A stretch of 64,000 nt of DNA from Candidatus Poriferihabitaceae bacterium. GTDB taxonomy: Bacteria; Pseudomonadota; Gammaproteobacteria; Arenicellales; Poriferihabitantaceae. This document shows, piece by piece, positions 29,001-37,169 of the stretch (the stretch's first letter is position 1; each line of letters opens with the position of its first letter). The notes under the pieces were generated by a model. The model saw only the letters and a list, made by a program, of their open reading frames with translations, had not been told where the DNA came from and ran no database searches. The stretch spans positions 2,607,380 to 2,671,379 of the forward strand of contig OZ243931.1 in assembly GCA_965214055.1 (NCBI GenBank), written 5' to 3'. The position numbers and the translations under genes were made by a program.

Positions 29001-32000
29001 CGCGCGCCGTACTTCGACGAGACCGACGGGTCGCACGGCTTTGCCCATGTCCGGCTGTCGGGACGGGCAAGCTCGTACAGCGACTATCGCATCGAGTACT
29101 GGTACCCCAACCTCGGCTGGCTGAAGGGGCGGAACCTCATCGCAATTCCGGTGGGTAAGCCGAGCGCCCGCGTACGCGTGACGGCGCTTGAAGACGGGCG
29201 CAAGGAAGGACGCGAGACGGCGACCCTCACGCTGATTGAGCTCCCGCAGGTCTACCGCGACACGGGGCAACCGTTCTATCGCGCAGGGAGCCCCCGCACG
29301 GTGAACTTCACCGTGGCCGACCGCGAGACGGTGGAACCGCGCGTTGAGTCGATCGCGCATCACGACCCGGCCACATCGACGGCTGTTTCTCCGGCAAGCC
29401 TCACCTGGCGGGTGACCTTCGACGAGGAGGTGCACGGTGTCGATGCGAGCGACTTCACGCTGACGGGCACCAGCGCGACGCTCGCCGTGACGCGGGTCGC
29501 GGGCACGCATGCGTTCGACGTCACCGCCTCGGGCGGGAACCTCGGGCGCATCACCGGCGGACAGGTCGTACTCGGCCTGGCGAGCGACAACGACATCACC
29601 GATGGCAGCAGCAACGCATTCACCCGGTGGGACGAATTCACGAGCACGTACTGGGTCCACGACGGCACCACACCGCCGCCACTGCCGGTGGTGACGGTCG
29701 TGGTCACGAGCAACTCGGTGGTCGCCGAAGGCGCAAGGACACTCTTCACGGCGAGTCCGAGCGTGTCGCCGAGTACAAACCTGCAGCTCAATGTGACGAT
29801 GGCCCAGAGCGGCGATTTCTTCCAGTCCGGCCACCTTGGCAAGCGATCGTTGTCGTACAGCCGTAGCGCGGGTAATTGGCAGTACGGCCCCCGCTCGCAG
29901 AACGACGCCGTCGACGAGCCTGACGGCAGCCTCACGCTGACCATCGACAGCGGCGACGGCTACACCGTCGGGAGCCCGCCCTCGGCGACGATTACGATCA
30001 GGGACGACGACCCGACGGTGGTGAGTCTCGCCCGTACGGGCACCGGCGCGGTGACCGAGGGCGGCACCGTCGAGCTTGACGTGACGCTCGCCCGCGCGCT
30101 CGTCGCCGGCGAGACCATCGACGCACCGCTCGCCATCGGCGGCACGGGCGTGACCACCGGCGACTGGAGCGTAGGCAAGAAGTCGGGTGCGACCAACACG
30201 GGCGTGACGCTCCTCGATGCGGGCACCACGACCCCGAAGGTGCGCTTCGAGGGCGCGGGGGCGCAAACGGCGACGCTTGAGCTCACCGCGACGGCGGACG
30301 GCACGGTGGAGGGCGTCGAGACCTTCACCGTCGCGCTCGGCGCGGACAGCGCCTTCGACGACTCAAGCCTCGGCACCAACGTCGGCGGCGGCGCCGACCC
30401 CCACGGCACGGACAACACCTTCGACGTGACGGTGAACGACGGCGCCGCCCCGCCGCCGGGCACGCCCGCGGTCGGGTTCGCCTCCGCCACCTCAAGCGCG
30501 GCCGAGGATGCCGGCACGCACAACGTGACGCTCGACCTCGCCCCGGCGGCGCCCTCGGGCGGCCTTGACATTGCCTACGCCGTCACCGGCACGGCGATGG
30601 CGGGCAGCGGCAACGACTTCACCATCGCGGGCTCGGGCACCCTCAGCGTCGCGGCCGGGGCGACCACGGCGAGCGTCCCCATTGCCATTATTGACGACAG
30701 CACCGACGACGACGCCGAGACGGTGGTGCTGACGCTGAGCCCGGGCACGGGCTACACGCTCGGCGGCACGACGGTCCATACGCTGACCATTGCCGACAAC
30801 GACGACCCAATCACGCCGACGGCTTGCGTGTCGGCGCAGTTGTTGAGCGACGTCCAGGGCTATGCGGGCGAGAACCGGCCGAACTCGCCGGACCATGTCG
30901 AGCGCTGGAGCCGGGTGCTCGCCGCCTTCGGGGAGAGCAACAGCTACGACAACAACCCGATGACCGCGAGCGAGGCGCAGACCCAGGCCGACAGGGGCTT
31001 GGCCCGCTGGGTGCCGGTGGTGACCGCGCTCGAATGCCTCGAGGGCACGCCGCCGCCGATTGTCCCCCAAGTCACGGTGCAGGGCGGCAGCGCCGTCACC
31101 GAGGGCGGCAATGCGGTGTTCACCGTCAGCGCGAGCTCAAGTCCCGCGGCGGCCCTCACGGTGACGCTCACCGTTGCCGATGACGCGAGCAGCGATTTCT
31201 TAAGCGCCAGCGACCAGGGGGAGAAGACGGTCAGCATCGCCGCCGGCCAGACCTCCGCTACCCTGACGGTCCCGACGCAAAACGACAGCACCGACGAGGC
31301 CGACGGCAGCGTGACGGCCACTGTCGCAAGCGGTACCGGCTACACCGTCGGGAGCCCCTCCACCGCCACGGTGGCAGTGAGTGACAACGACCCGACACCG
31401 CAAGGGACACCGGTCGTTCGCATCGCCGCGGGCACCGGCGTCACCGAAGGCGCCAGCGCCGAGTTCACGCTTACCGCATCACCCGCCCCGACCGCGTCCA
31501 TCACCATCAACGTCGCCGTCACGCAGAGCGGCGACTTCGCGACGAGCGGACAAGCCGGGACGCGCAGCGTCACCATTGGGTCGAGCGGCACCGCGACGCT
31601 CACCGTCGCCACCGACGACGACAGCACTGACGAGACGAACGGCAGCATCACCGCCACCGTGCAGACGGGCACCGGGTACACCGCGCACGGGACACAAAAC
31701 GCCGCTACGGTTGCAGTGGACGACGACGACGCCCCGACGTTAAGCATCACGGGCGGCGCCGGCATCACCGAAGGGGGAACCGCAGCGTTCACCCTTACGG
31801 CAAGCCCGGCGCCGGCAGCCGCCATCACCGTCAACGTCGCCATCACGCAGAGCGGCGACTTCGCGACGAGCGGACAGACGGGGACGCGCACCGTCACCAT
31901 CGGGTCGAGCGGCACCGGCACCGTCAATGTCACGACCATCAACGACACCGCCGACGAAGCGAACGGGGCCATCACCGCCACCGTGCAGGCGGGCACCGGC

Positions 32001-34040
32001 TACACGGTCGCGACGGCGCCGAACCATGCGGCAAGCGTCACCGTCGCCGACGACGACGCAGCGCCCGGTGCTCCGACCATCTCGATTGCCGATGCCACCA
32101 TGAAGGAGAGCCATGTCAACGGATATTTCAAGGTGACACTGAGTGAGAAGGTGGACTGGCCGGTCAGGGTCCACTACGCGACGCGGGACTCGACACCGGT
32201 GTCGGCCGTGGCGGGCCAGGACTACCTCGCGTGGAAGCGGTCCTGGCAGCTCAGCGCCCGGTTCAAACCGGGTCAGACGGAAACGCAGATTCACGTCCCC
32301 CTCTACAACGACAGCCACGACGAGGACCCGGAGACCTTCGAGGTAGTGCTGTTCGACGCGCGCGTGAACGGCCCGCCCGGGGTGTCGGTGTCGATTGCGG
32401 ACGGCGTCGCCGTCGGGACCATTGTCAACTCCGACCCCATGCCCGCGGCATGGCTCGCGCGGTTCGTTCGCGCCACGGCCGAACAGGCCCTCGACGGCAT
32501 CGCCGGGCGCATCGCGGCTTCACGAACCGCCGGGATGCGCGGCACCATCGCCGGACAGGCGATCAACTTCGATTCCGGACCGGGGTCCGGGGAAGACCCT
32601 GATGGATCGGCGGCGAATGGGAATACTGCCCCGGGCAGCCTTGCCGACAATGACCTGTTCGCACAGTCCAATGTCGTCCGCGCCTTCGATGCCGGCAGGG
32701 GTGGAATCAACCACGACGCACATGGCTTCGACCCGGATCGTTTCACAGACGGCGACGCACAATCCTGGTCCATGACGACCCGCGAAGCCTTGCTCGGCAG
32801 CAGCTTCACGGCAACCGGGGAGAAGGATGCCATGGGCGGCAGCCTCGCCTTCTGGGGCCGGGCGGCGCAGTCAAGCTTCGACGGACAGGAGGGAACCTTC
32901 TCCCTCGACGGCGAGACCACCACCACCATGCTCGGCGCCGACTATGCCCGGGACAACTGGCTGGTCGGCATGGCGCTGATGCAGGGCAGCGGCAAGGGCA
33001 AGTATGCCGATACCGACGTCATGCCCCGCCCGGCTTCCCAGACCTGCCCCGAGGAAGTGGAGAAAATGAATAACGCCCTGTGCAGCGGTACCGTGCGCGA
33101 TGGCGACGGCAAGATTGAGGCCTCAATGACCGCGGCGGTGCCCTATGCCTCCATCCAGGCATCGGAGCGGTTGAAGCTCTGGGGTGCCCTGGGGTATGGC
33201 ACCGGGGAGGTGACGCTGAAGCCGGATGCGGGTACGGATGAGAAGAAGGAATCCTACCAATCCGACATCTCCTGGAACATGATGGCGGTGGGTGGACGTC
33301 AGGAGTTGCTGTCTTCCCCACAGAACGGCCCAACACTGGACCTGACCGGGGATGCCCTGTGGGCGCGGACGGAATCGGACAGGACAAACGCCCTGGCGGC
33401 ATCGGATTCCGATGTGACCCGGTTGCGCCTGGGTCTTGAAGGCAGCTGGCGCATTGCCACCGAAGGCGATGGCAGTATCACGCCCAAGCTCGAACTTGGC
33501 GTCCGCCAGGACGGCGGGGATGCGGAGACCGGGTCCGGGATGGAGCTGGGCGCCGGCATTGCCTGGAGCGATCCCGGTGCGGGCCTGAGTCTGGACCTTT
33601 CCGGTCGTACCCTGATTACCCATACCGAGGAGGACCTGGAGAACGAGGGCTTTTCGGTCTCGTTCCACTATGATCCGAAACCGGCCTCGGCACGGGGGCT
33701 GGAGCTTTCCCTGAGCCAGGAGATCGGTGGACCATCCACGGGAGGACTCGATGCGCTGTTTGCGTCCGAGCCCTTGAGCGAACGTCCGGACAGCGACGAG
33801 GACAGCCGTTTGAAGCTGGAAGCCGCCTATGGCTTCCCGGTCTTCTCGGGGCAGTACATCGGCAGCCCGCATATGGGGCTGGGCTTCGCCACTGGCGCGC
33901 GCGACTACAGCTTGGGTTGGAAACTGACGCCCTCGAAGAATGCACCCGATGTCTCTTTCGGCCTGCAGGCGACGCGAAGGGAGAGCGATATGGCCAGGCC
34001 GGAACATACCGTTGGGTTCGAAATCAACGCGCGGTGGTAG
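26004..34040 (+). CDS. Giant (2678-aa) type Va autotransporter-like surface protein with Calx-beta-like repeat passenger
   Basis: - Likely start is the ATG at 26022, followed by the signal peptide 'MKASTHRRTPIRSAASRALLQVLAAWALALPLLALLAPVAEA'.
- An N-terminal globular domain spans ~26170-26730.
- About 18 repeats of ~100-110 aa follow the pattern '...TEGxxAxFTVxLS...VxVxxx...DY...tvTfaAGxTsxtftVpxxdDxxxEpdExxtvtl'.
- One repeat is a canonical Calx-beta module, with 'GQDY' and 'FKPGQTETQIHVPLYNDSHDEDPETFEVVL' (~32083-32435).
- The linker is 'PMPAAWLARF'.
- The C-terminal beta-barrel-like region (~32838-34037) ends in '...VGFEINARW', a terminal aromatic residue. Confidence 0.85.
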   Translation: MRAGPTMKASTHRRTPIRSAASRALLQVLAAWALALPLLALLAPVAEANSANCSASSGPYPAHEDWVFTPGSLDAGDTFRLLFATSAKRSADSVLPSVYNDFVRTAAKGGHGQIPASCGNRFNAIISTQYDSARFNTRTRATDTDAPIWWVKGEKVADNYADFYDGSWDSRIARNEYGTTPIIDYRVWTGSLSNGHHPGTGYAGHFGVEVHRGHLTTGDPLNAGSTNSGAKYRLYGLSPIFTVVKAPRLSISLNKTSGNELNSAGGHATITVKLDQTRPNDTSFKMCVKNTSTATFRTSTSTNDRDFDLYEYRLDAHAQLVELAVDASNCHTMTIKKFTSEHKARLFYYGDTLKEENETVVLELKDPPSDVKIASSGGTATYTITNDDSEPTVTITGGATASEGTNATFTVKSSHAPTQALSVKVNITEDEDADTGKDHVAADDEGVRTVTVAAGSTSQSFTVPTTEDWVDEPDGVITATVQAGTGYVVGQANKSAQVNVKDDDTRGFVFRPERLKLKEGGSATYTVALTSRPLDEPEGVTVTLTPLGDFTVDTDSSKDGNQTTLRFDAVGGNLWQSGQTVKVTANEDANSTDDTTAINHEGSGAGYGPRPGADFGALLGIVVTVTDNDVPHLVVAPTALSVTEGGSATFTVQLGTQPSADGTLAFASTNPDITFNPASLSYFKNDSHQTQGWDKVRTVTVHAASDNDIGDDAATLTVTASGGDYEGKTATIAATVTDTTTPALVLSTSTLAVMEGASTTYTVKLAAKPTGTVTVAIGSNNGDVMVDTDNDDTNGNQNRLTFNANGSNLWSTAQTVKVTARGDANTASEAVTLTHTASGGGYGAVRKTLSGTVTDDGKKTVAFAQTNYPVIEGKGPVTVTLVMSEARTSTTNVRVSATPLTATGSGVDYTGQAFVATFAAGSTSATFEIPITADNNLEDADGETFRLDIYDVDFPGDLKKVKPDLAYVTIYDAPVLSFTRPETTTVFEGGRPLEFTLNARAPYFDETDGSHGFAHVRLSGRASSYSDYRIEYWYPNLGWLKGRNLIAIPVGKPSARVRVTALEDGRKEGRETATLTLIELPQVYRDTGQPFYRAGSPRTVNFTVADRETVEPRVESIAHHDPATSTAVSPASLTWRVTFDEEVHGVDASDFTLTGTSATLAVTRVAGTHAFDVTASGGNLGRITGGQVVLGLASDNDITDGSSNAFTRWDEFTSTYWVHDGTTPPPLPVVTVVVTSNSVVAEGARTLFTASPSVSPSTNLQLNVTMAQSGDFFQSGHLGKRSLSYSRSAGNWQYGPRSQNDAVDEPDGSLTLTIDSGDGYTVGSPPSATITIRDDDPTVVSLARTGTGAVTEGGTVELDVTLARALVAGETIDAPLAIGGTGVTTGDWSVGKKSGATNTGVTLLDAGTTTPKVRFEGAGAQTATLELTATADGTVEGVETFTVALGADSAFDDSSLGTNVGGGADPHGTDNTFDVTVNDGAAPPPGTPAVGFASATSSAAEDAGTHNVTLDLAPAAPSGGLDIAYAVTGTAMAGSGNDFTIAGSGTLSVAAGATTASVPIAIIDDSTDDDAETVVLTLSPGTGYTLGGTTVHTLTIADNDDPITPTACVSAQLLSDVQGYAGENRPNSPDHVERWSRVLAAFGESNSYDNNPMTASEAQTQADRGLARWVPVVTALECLEGTPPPIVPQVTVQGGSAVTEGGNAVFTVSASSSPAAALTVTLTVADDASSDFLSASDQGEKTVSIAAGQTSATLTVPTQNDSTDEADGSVTATVASGTGYTVGSPSTATVAVSDNDPTPQGTPVVRIAAGTGVTEGASAEFTLTASPAPTASITINVAVTQSGDFATSGQAGTRSVTIGSSGTATLTVATDDDSTDETNGSITATVQTGTGYTAHGTQNAATVAVDDDDAPTLSITGGAGITEGGTAAFTLTASPAPAAAITVNVAITQSGDFATSGQTGTRTVTIGSSGTGTVNVTTINDTADEANGAITATVQAGTGYTVATAPNHAASVTVADDDAAPGAPTISIADATMKESHVNGYFKVTLSEKVDWPVRVHYATRDSTPVSAVAGQDYLAWKRSWQLSARFKPGQTETQIHVPLYNDSHDEDPETFEVVLFDARVNGPPGVSVSIADGVAVGTIVNSDPMPAAWLARFVRATAEQALDGIAGRIAASRTAGMRGTIAGQAINFDSGPGSGEDPDGSAANGNTAPGSLADNDLFAQSNVVRAFDAGRGGINHDAHGFDPDRFTDGDAQSWSMTTREALLGSSFTATGEKDAMGGSLAFWGRAAQSSFDGQEGTFSLDGETTTTMLGADYARDNWLVGMALMQGSGKGKYADTDVMPRPASQTCPEEVEKMNNALCSGTVRDGDGKIEASMTAAVPYASIQASERLKLWGALGYGTGEVTLKPDAGTDEKKESYQSDISWNMMAVGGRQELLSSPQNGPTLDLTGDALWARTESDRTNALAASDSDVTRLRLGLEGSWRIATEGDGSITPKLELGVRQDGGDAETGSGMELGAGIAWSDPGAGLSLDLSGRTLITHTEEDLENEGFSVSFHYDPKPASARGLELSLSQEIGGPSTGGLDALFASEPLSERPDSDEDSRLKLEAAYGFPVFSGQYIGSPHMGLGFATGARDYSLGWKLTPSKNAPDVSFGLQATRRESDMARPEHTVGFEINARW

Positions 34041-34064
34041 GACCCAGGATCATTTCACCCTTAA

Positions 34065-34128
34065 CTCGAATAATTCATAAAAATGGAGTGAGAAAGAGAG
34101 TGAGGCCTCTTTTTATAAATTATTCGAG
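34065..34128. repeat. 64-bp hairpin-type element containing the right copy of the 50-bp direct repeat (34067-34116)
   Basis: Perfect 11-bp terminal inverted repeats CTCGAATAATT (34065-34075) and AATTATTCGAG (34118-34128). An internal AAAGAG/CTCTTT stem is followed by a T-run, so it is terminator-like. The left copy (24193-24242) lacks the right inverted repeat. Confidence 0.85.
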
Positions 34129-34557
34129 CTATTGATCATCGATGGTCTGTGAAAAACCTCCCTTTATCAATTTCGTGCCGTTCAGCCCAATGGCGGACGA
34201 CAGCACGGTTTGACACAGCGGATGACTATAGCCAGGCCCCGGAAGGTATTTGGCCTTGGGCCATTTGCCAAAGAAGAGGCAATTGGAATATTCTCTCGCG
34301 AAGCGGGCAGGGAAAAAGACTGAAATCGGTCCGGTGTTGGGCTGTTCACGGTGGACATCCTCGAAAGTGGATTTTTTTACCTTTTACCAATACAAATGGC
34401 GCCGCACTCCATGTATCATAGCCCCCACAGAAGGGTGGACGCCACCCGGTCGGTACGTGGGCATTCCGCGTACGGGGAGATTGCAGACATTTTTGAATTT
34501 CAGGGTTACTCTATTTTTACCCAATTTAACTTCTTTACCAATCAGGGGGCATACACA

Positions 34558-34755
34558 ATGAATGCGATACGTGAATCCATGAGCCAATGGACTCAAATTC
34601 AGACCATGACAGTGCCATGGTCAAAGGTGGTGGGAATCGCTGCGGCACTATTGATGGGGTTTTTCATCCTTTATTCGGTTGGTTTCGCATCACCTGAAGT
34701 CATTCACAGCGCGGCTCACGATGCCCGTCACGGAATGGCGTTTCCCTGTCACTGA
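34558..34755 (+). CDS. cbtB: Cobalt transporter subunit CbtB
   Basis: 65 aa from the ATG at 34558, with one TM helix and a C-terminal 'HDARHGMAFPCH' motif characteristic of CbtB. A purine-rich (AGGGGG) Shine-Dalgarno-like run sits 8 nt upstream. Confidence 0.8.
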   Translation: MNAIRESMSQWTQIQTMTVPWSKVVGIAAALLMGFFILYSVGFASPEVIHSAAHDARHGMAFPCH

Positions 34756-34765
34756 AAAACATTTT

Positions 34766-35491
34766 ATGGCCGGAGGGTTCATTCACCGCATTTTCTGGAC
34801 GGCACTGATCGCCGGCGGTTTTGCGGGACTGGTTCTCGCCGGTATCCAGCAGTTCACGATTGTGCCCATGATTCTGGAAGCCGAGACGTATGAAACCGGC
34901 GACAGTGATCAGGGTCATCGTCACGAGCCCGAAGAGCAGGCCGACGGACACTCCCATGGAGCCTGGAGCCCCGAAGAGGGGATGGAAAGGAGCGTCTTCA
35001 CTTTTATGAGCACGATGGTCGTGGGCATGGGGTTCGCCCTGCTGCTGGTTGCCTGTTACGCAATCCGGGCCATGATCATGGAGTCCCGCATACACTGGCG
35101 ATGGGGGATACTCTGGGGTCTTGGCGGGTTCGCTGCATTTCACTTGGCACCTGCCCTGGGCATTCCTCCGGAGTTGCCGGGCGCGGCAGCGGCTGAATTG
35201 AGCGGACGCCAGGGATGGTGGTTGCTGACGGTGGGTTTGACCGCAGGCGGACTGTTGTGTCTCGTCTTTGTTCCCGGTGCCTTCCGGTGGTCTGGATTGC
35301 TGCTGATTGCACTGCCTCATCTGACCGGGGCTCCACAACCGGAAACCCCCGGCGGCCTAGCTCCGGTAGAACTAACAAGAGATTTTGTCTATATGTCATT
35401 GTTTACCAATGCTATATTCTGGGTCGTACTGGGGTCCGTGACGGCCTACCTCTATGACCGGCTGGGAGTCGACGATGGGGTCCCGGGATAA
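34766..35491 (+). CDS. cbtA: Cobalt transporter subunit CbtA
   Basis: Start at the ATG at 34766 (MAGGFIHRIFWTALIAGG...). Multi-TM protein with a His-rich loop 'DQGHRHEPEEQADGHSHG'. Immediately follows cbtB. Confidence 0.8.
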   Translation: MAGGFIHRIFWTALIAGGFAGLVLAGIQQFTIVPMILEAETYETGDSDQGHRHEPEEQADGHSHGAWSPEEGMERSVFTFMSTMVVGMGFALLLVACYAIRAMIMESRIHWRWGILWGLGGFAAFHLAPALGIPPELPGAAAAELSGRQGWWLLTVGLTAGGLLCLVFVPGAFRWSGLLLIALPHLTGAPQPETPGGLAPVELTRDFVYMSLFTNAIFWVVLGSVTAYLYDRLGVDDGVPG

Positions 35492-35646
35492 GCCGCACTC
35501 CGGGGCCTCGAAGGGAAAAACCACCGCCGTTCCCATTGGCCAGGGCCTCCCGTCCGCAGTTTCCCGGCTTTTGGGCTCATACGGGTCAATGCATGGAGTG
35601 ACCTGCCTCGGAATGCCGTCGAGAAAATGATCCGGCAACGAAGGTT

Positions 35647-36120
35647 CTATATCTCCATTTCGTAGGTATTCCATTTGGTTTTACTGGATATCCGGTCATA
35701 AAGGCTTCGGGCGCGGTAGTTGTCGTCCGCAGTAATCCAGCGTATTTTTGGCCACCCGCGTTCCCTTGCCGTGGACTTCAACGCGTCGAACAGGGCGTCA
35801 CCAACCCGGTTGCCGCGAAAGGCCGGGTCCACGAACAGATCATCGAGAAATCCGATATTCATCCCTCTGAGCGGGCTGGGCATTCTGCGGACATGGGCCA
35901 ATCCGCAGGGAGAGGAGTGGCCATGGAGAAATGCGAGCAGGCATTCGATTTCGTGGTCTTCATCCAGAATCCAGCCCCATAACGTATGGAGAATGGTTTC
36001 ATTCATGGGTACCTTGTAAAATTCAGCATAGCCGGCGTACAGTCGACACCAGTCCTCGAAATTTTTATGTTTCGGGGAGCGGACAACGATTGGATTTTTT
36101 ATTTCGGTTTTCGGGGTCAT
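35647..36120 (-). CDS. GNAT-family N-acetyltransferase
   Basis: 157 aa. 'LDDLFVDPAFRGNRVGDALFDALKSTARERGWPKIRWITADDNYRARSLYDRI' is an acetyl-CoA-binding motif A region. Confidence 0.8.
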   Translation of the reverse strand: MTPKTEIKNPIVVRSPKHKNFEDWCRLYAGYAEFYKVPMNETILHTLWGWILDEDHEIECLLAFLHGHSSPCGLAHVRRMPSPLRGMNIGFLDDLFVDPAFRGNRVGDALFDALKSTARERGWPKIRWITADDNYRARSLYDRISSKTKWNTYEMEI

Positions 36121-36158
36121 GGAATGTGGGTTCCAGGCATGGGTCCATTCACCGCAAG

Positions 36159-36890
36159 TTACAGCGACTTCAGTGCACTGGAAGTAAAGACGGACAGGCT
36201 TTGCTTTTGTTGGCCCTGGTCATCAAAGTTGTCGGGCGAAAGCCATTGTTGAAAGGCCGGTTTGATCGCGGGCCATTCCCGGTCAAGCAGGGAAAACCAG
36301 GCGGTATCCCGATTTTGTCCTTTCACGACCTGCATCTGCCGAAAAGTGCCTTCATAGGTAAAACCCAGCCTCCGTGCCAAACGGCAGGATGACTCGTTGA
36401 GTGCGTTGCACTTCCATTCATACCGGCGATTGCCCAGTCGGAACGCGTTTTCCATCAGCAGGAACATCGCTTCGGTGGCCGCAGTTGTTTTTTGCAGGAG
36501 CGGGGAGTAGTTGATGTGGCCGACCTCAATGGACCCGTCCCGGGTATTGATGTTCAGATAGCTGACCACCCCCGTTGCCATCCCGGTGGCGTGATCGACG
36601 ATGGCATAAAACCAGGGGTCACCCGTAAAACAGGTCGAAGCCATCCATTCCTGGAAGAGACCGAACTCATCAAAGGGCCCGTAACCGAGATAAGTCCATA
36701 CCCGGTCTTGCCGGTCGGATTGGTAGGCCGTGAACAGGTCCTTGCCATGGGCCTGTGTATTGAGCGGTTCGCATCGGCAATATTGGCCCTCCAGCACTTC
36801 CCGGCCGGGTCGTTGGGCCCCGGACCAGTCCGGTACGTCAAACCCAATGGGCAGCCCCAGTGAAGTGGTTTGGTTCAAGGGAGTGGTCAT
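36159..36890 (-). CDS. GNAT-family N-acetyltransferase (RimJ/RimL-like, Acetyltransf_3)
   Basis: Likely start is the Met at 36890 (MTTPLNQ...). 'SIEVGHINYSPLLQKTTAATEAMFLLMENAFRLGNRRYEWKCNALNESSCRLARRLGFTYEGTFR'. Confidence 0.8.
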   Translation of the reverse strand: MTTPLNQTTSLGLPIGFDVPDWSGAQRPGREVLEGQYCRCEPLNTQAHGKDLFTAYQSDRQDRVWTYLGYGPFDEFGLFQEWMASTCFTGDPWFYAIVDHATGMATGVVSYLNINTRDGSIEVGHINYSPLLQKTTAATEAMFLLMENAFRLGNRRYEWKCNALNESSCRLARRLGFTYEGTFRQMQVVKGQNRDTAWFSLLDREWPAIKPAFQQWLSPDNFDDQGQQKQSLSVFTSSALKSL

Positions 36891-37169
36891 GATTGTGGGA
36901 ATGCAAAATAAAATGGGTTGATATTGTGAACAATCCGGTTTCCGGAATCGACGGGAAGGTATGCCAAATGTGGTGGCAGTGTGAAGATTGCTTGGTAACC
37001 GAATGACCCGGACGGTCTCGATTTTAACATGGGACGGGCCCTGTCCATCCGGGTTGCACAAGAATGATCCGGCCGTTCCTGCCCCCGTGTCTTGCCGGGT
37101 CTGGCCGGCATGGTTTTCCAGTCCAAAGCGCCAGACGGAGTGCGCCCGGTGCGGCGGCAGGCCATCATT

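Noticed and set aside
28164-30266. Very long ORFs antisense to, or out of frame with, real genes. Examples: 28164-30266 (700 aa), 27021-28109, 1343-2299, 6987-8129, 14468-15589, 38955-40205, 40051-41469, 44216-45208 and 61897-62862.
   Set aside because: They overlap ORFs with clear family signatures. They are Arg/Gly/Pro/His-rich low-complexity translations, typical of shadow frames in GC-rich DNA, and none shows a recognisable motif.
26004-34040. Diversity-generating retroelement or other targeted-hypervariation system acting on the lectin-like domain or repeats of the giant gene.
   Set aside because: The window has no reverse transcriptase gene and no template/variable repeat pair with adenine-specific differences. 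The internal repeats differ at all base types.
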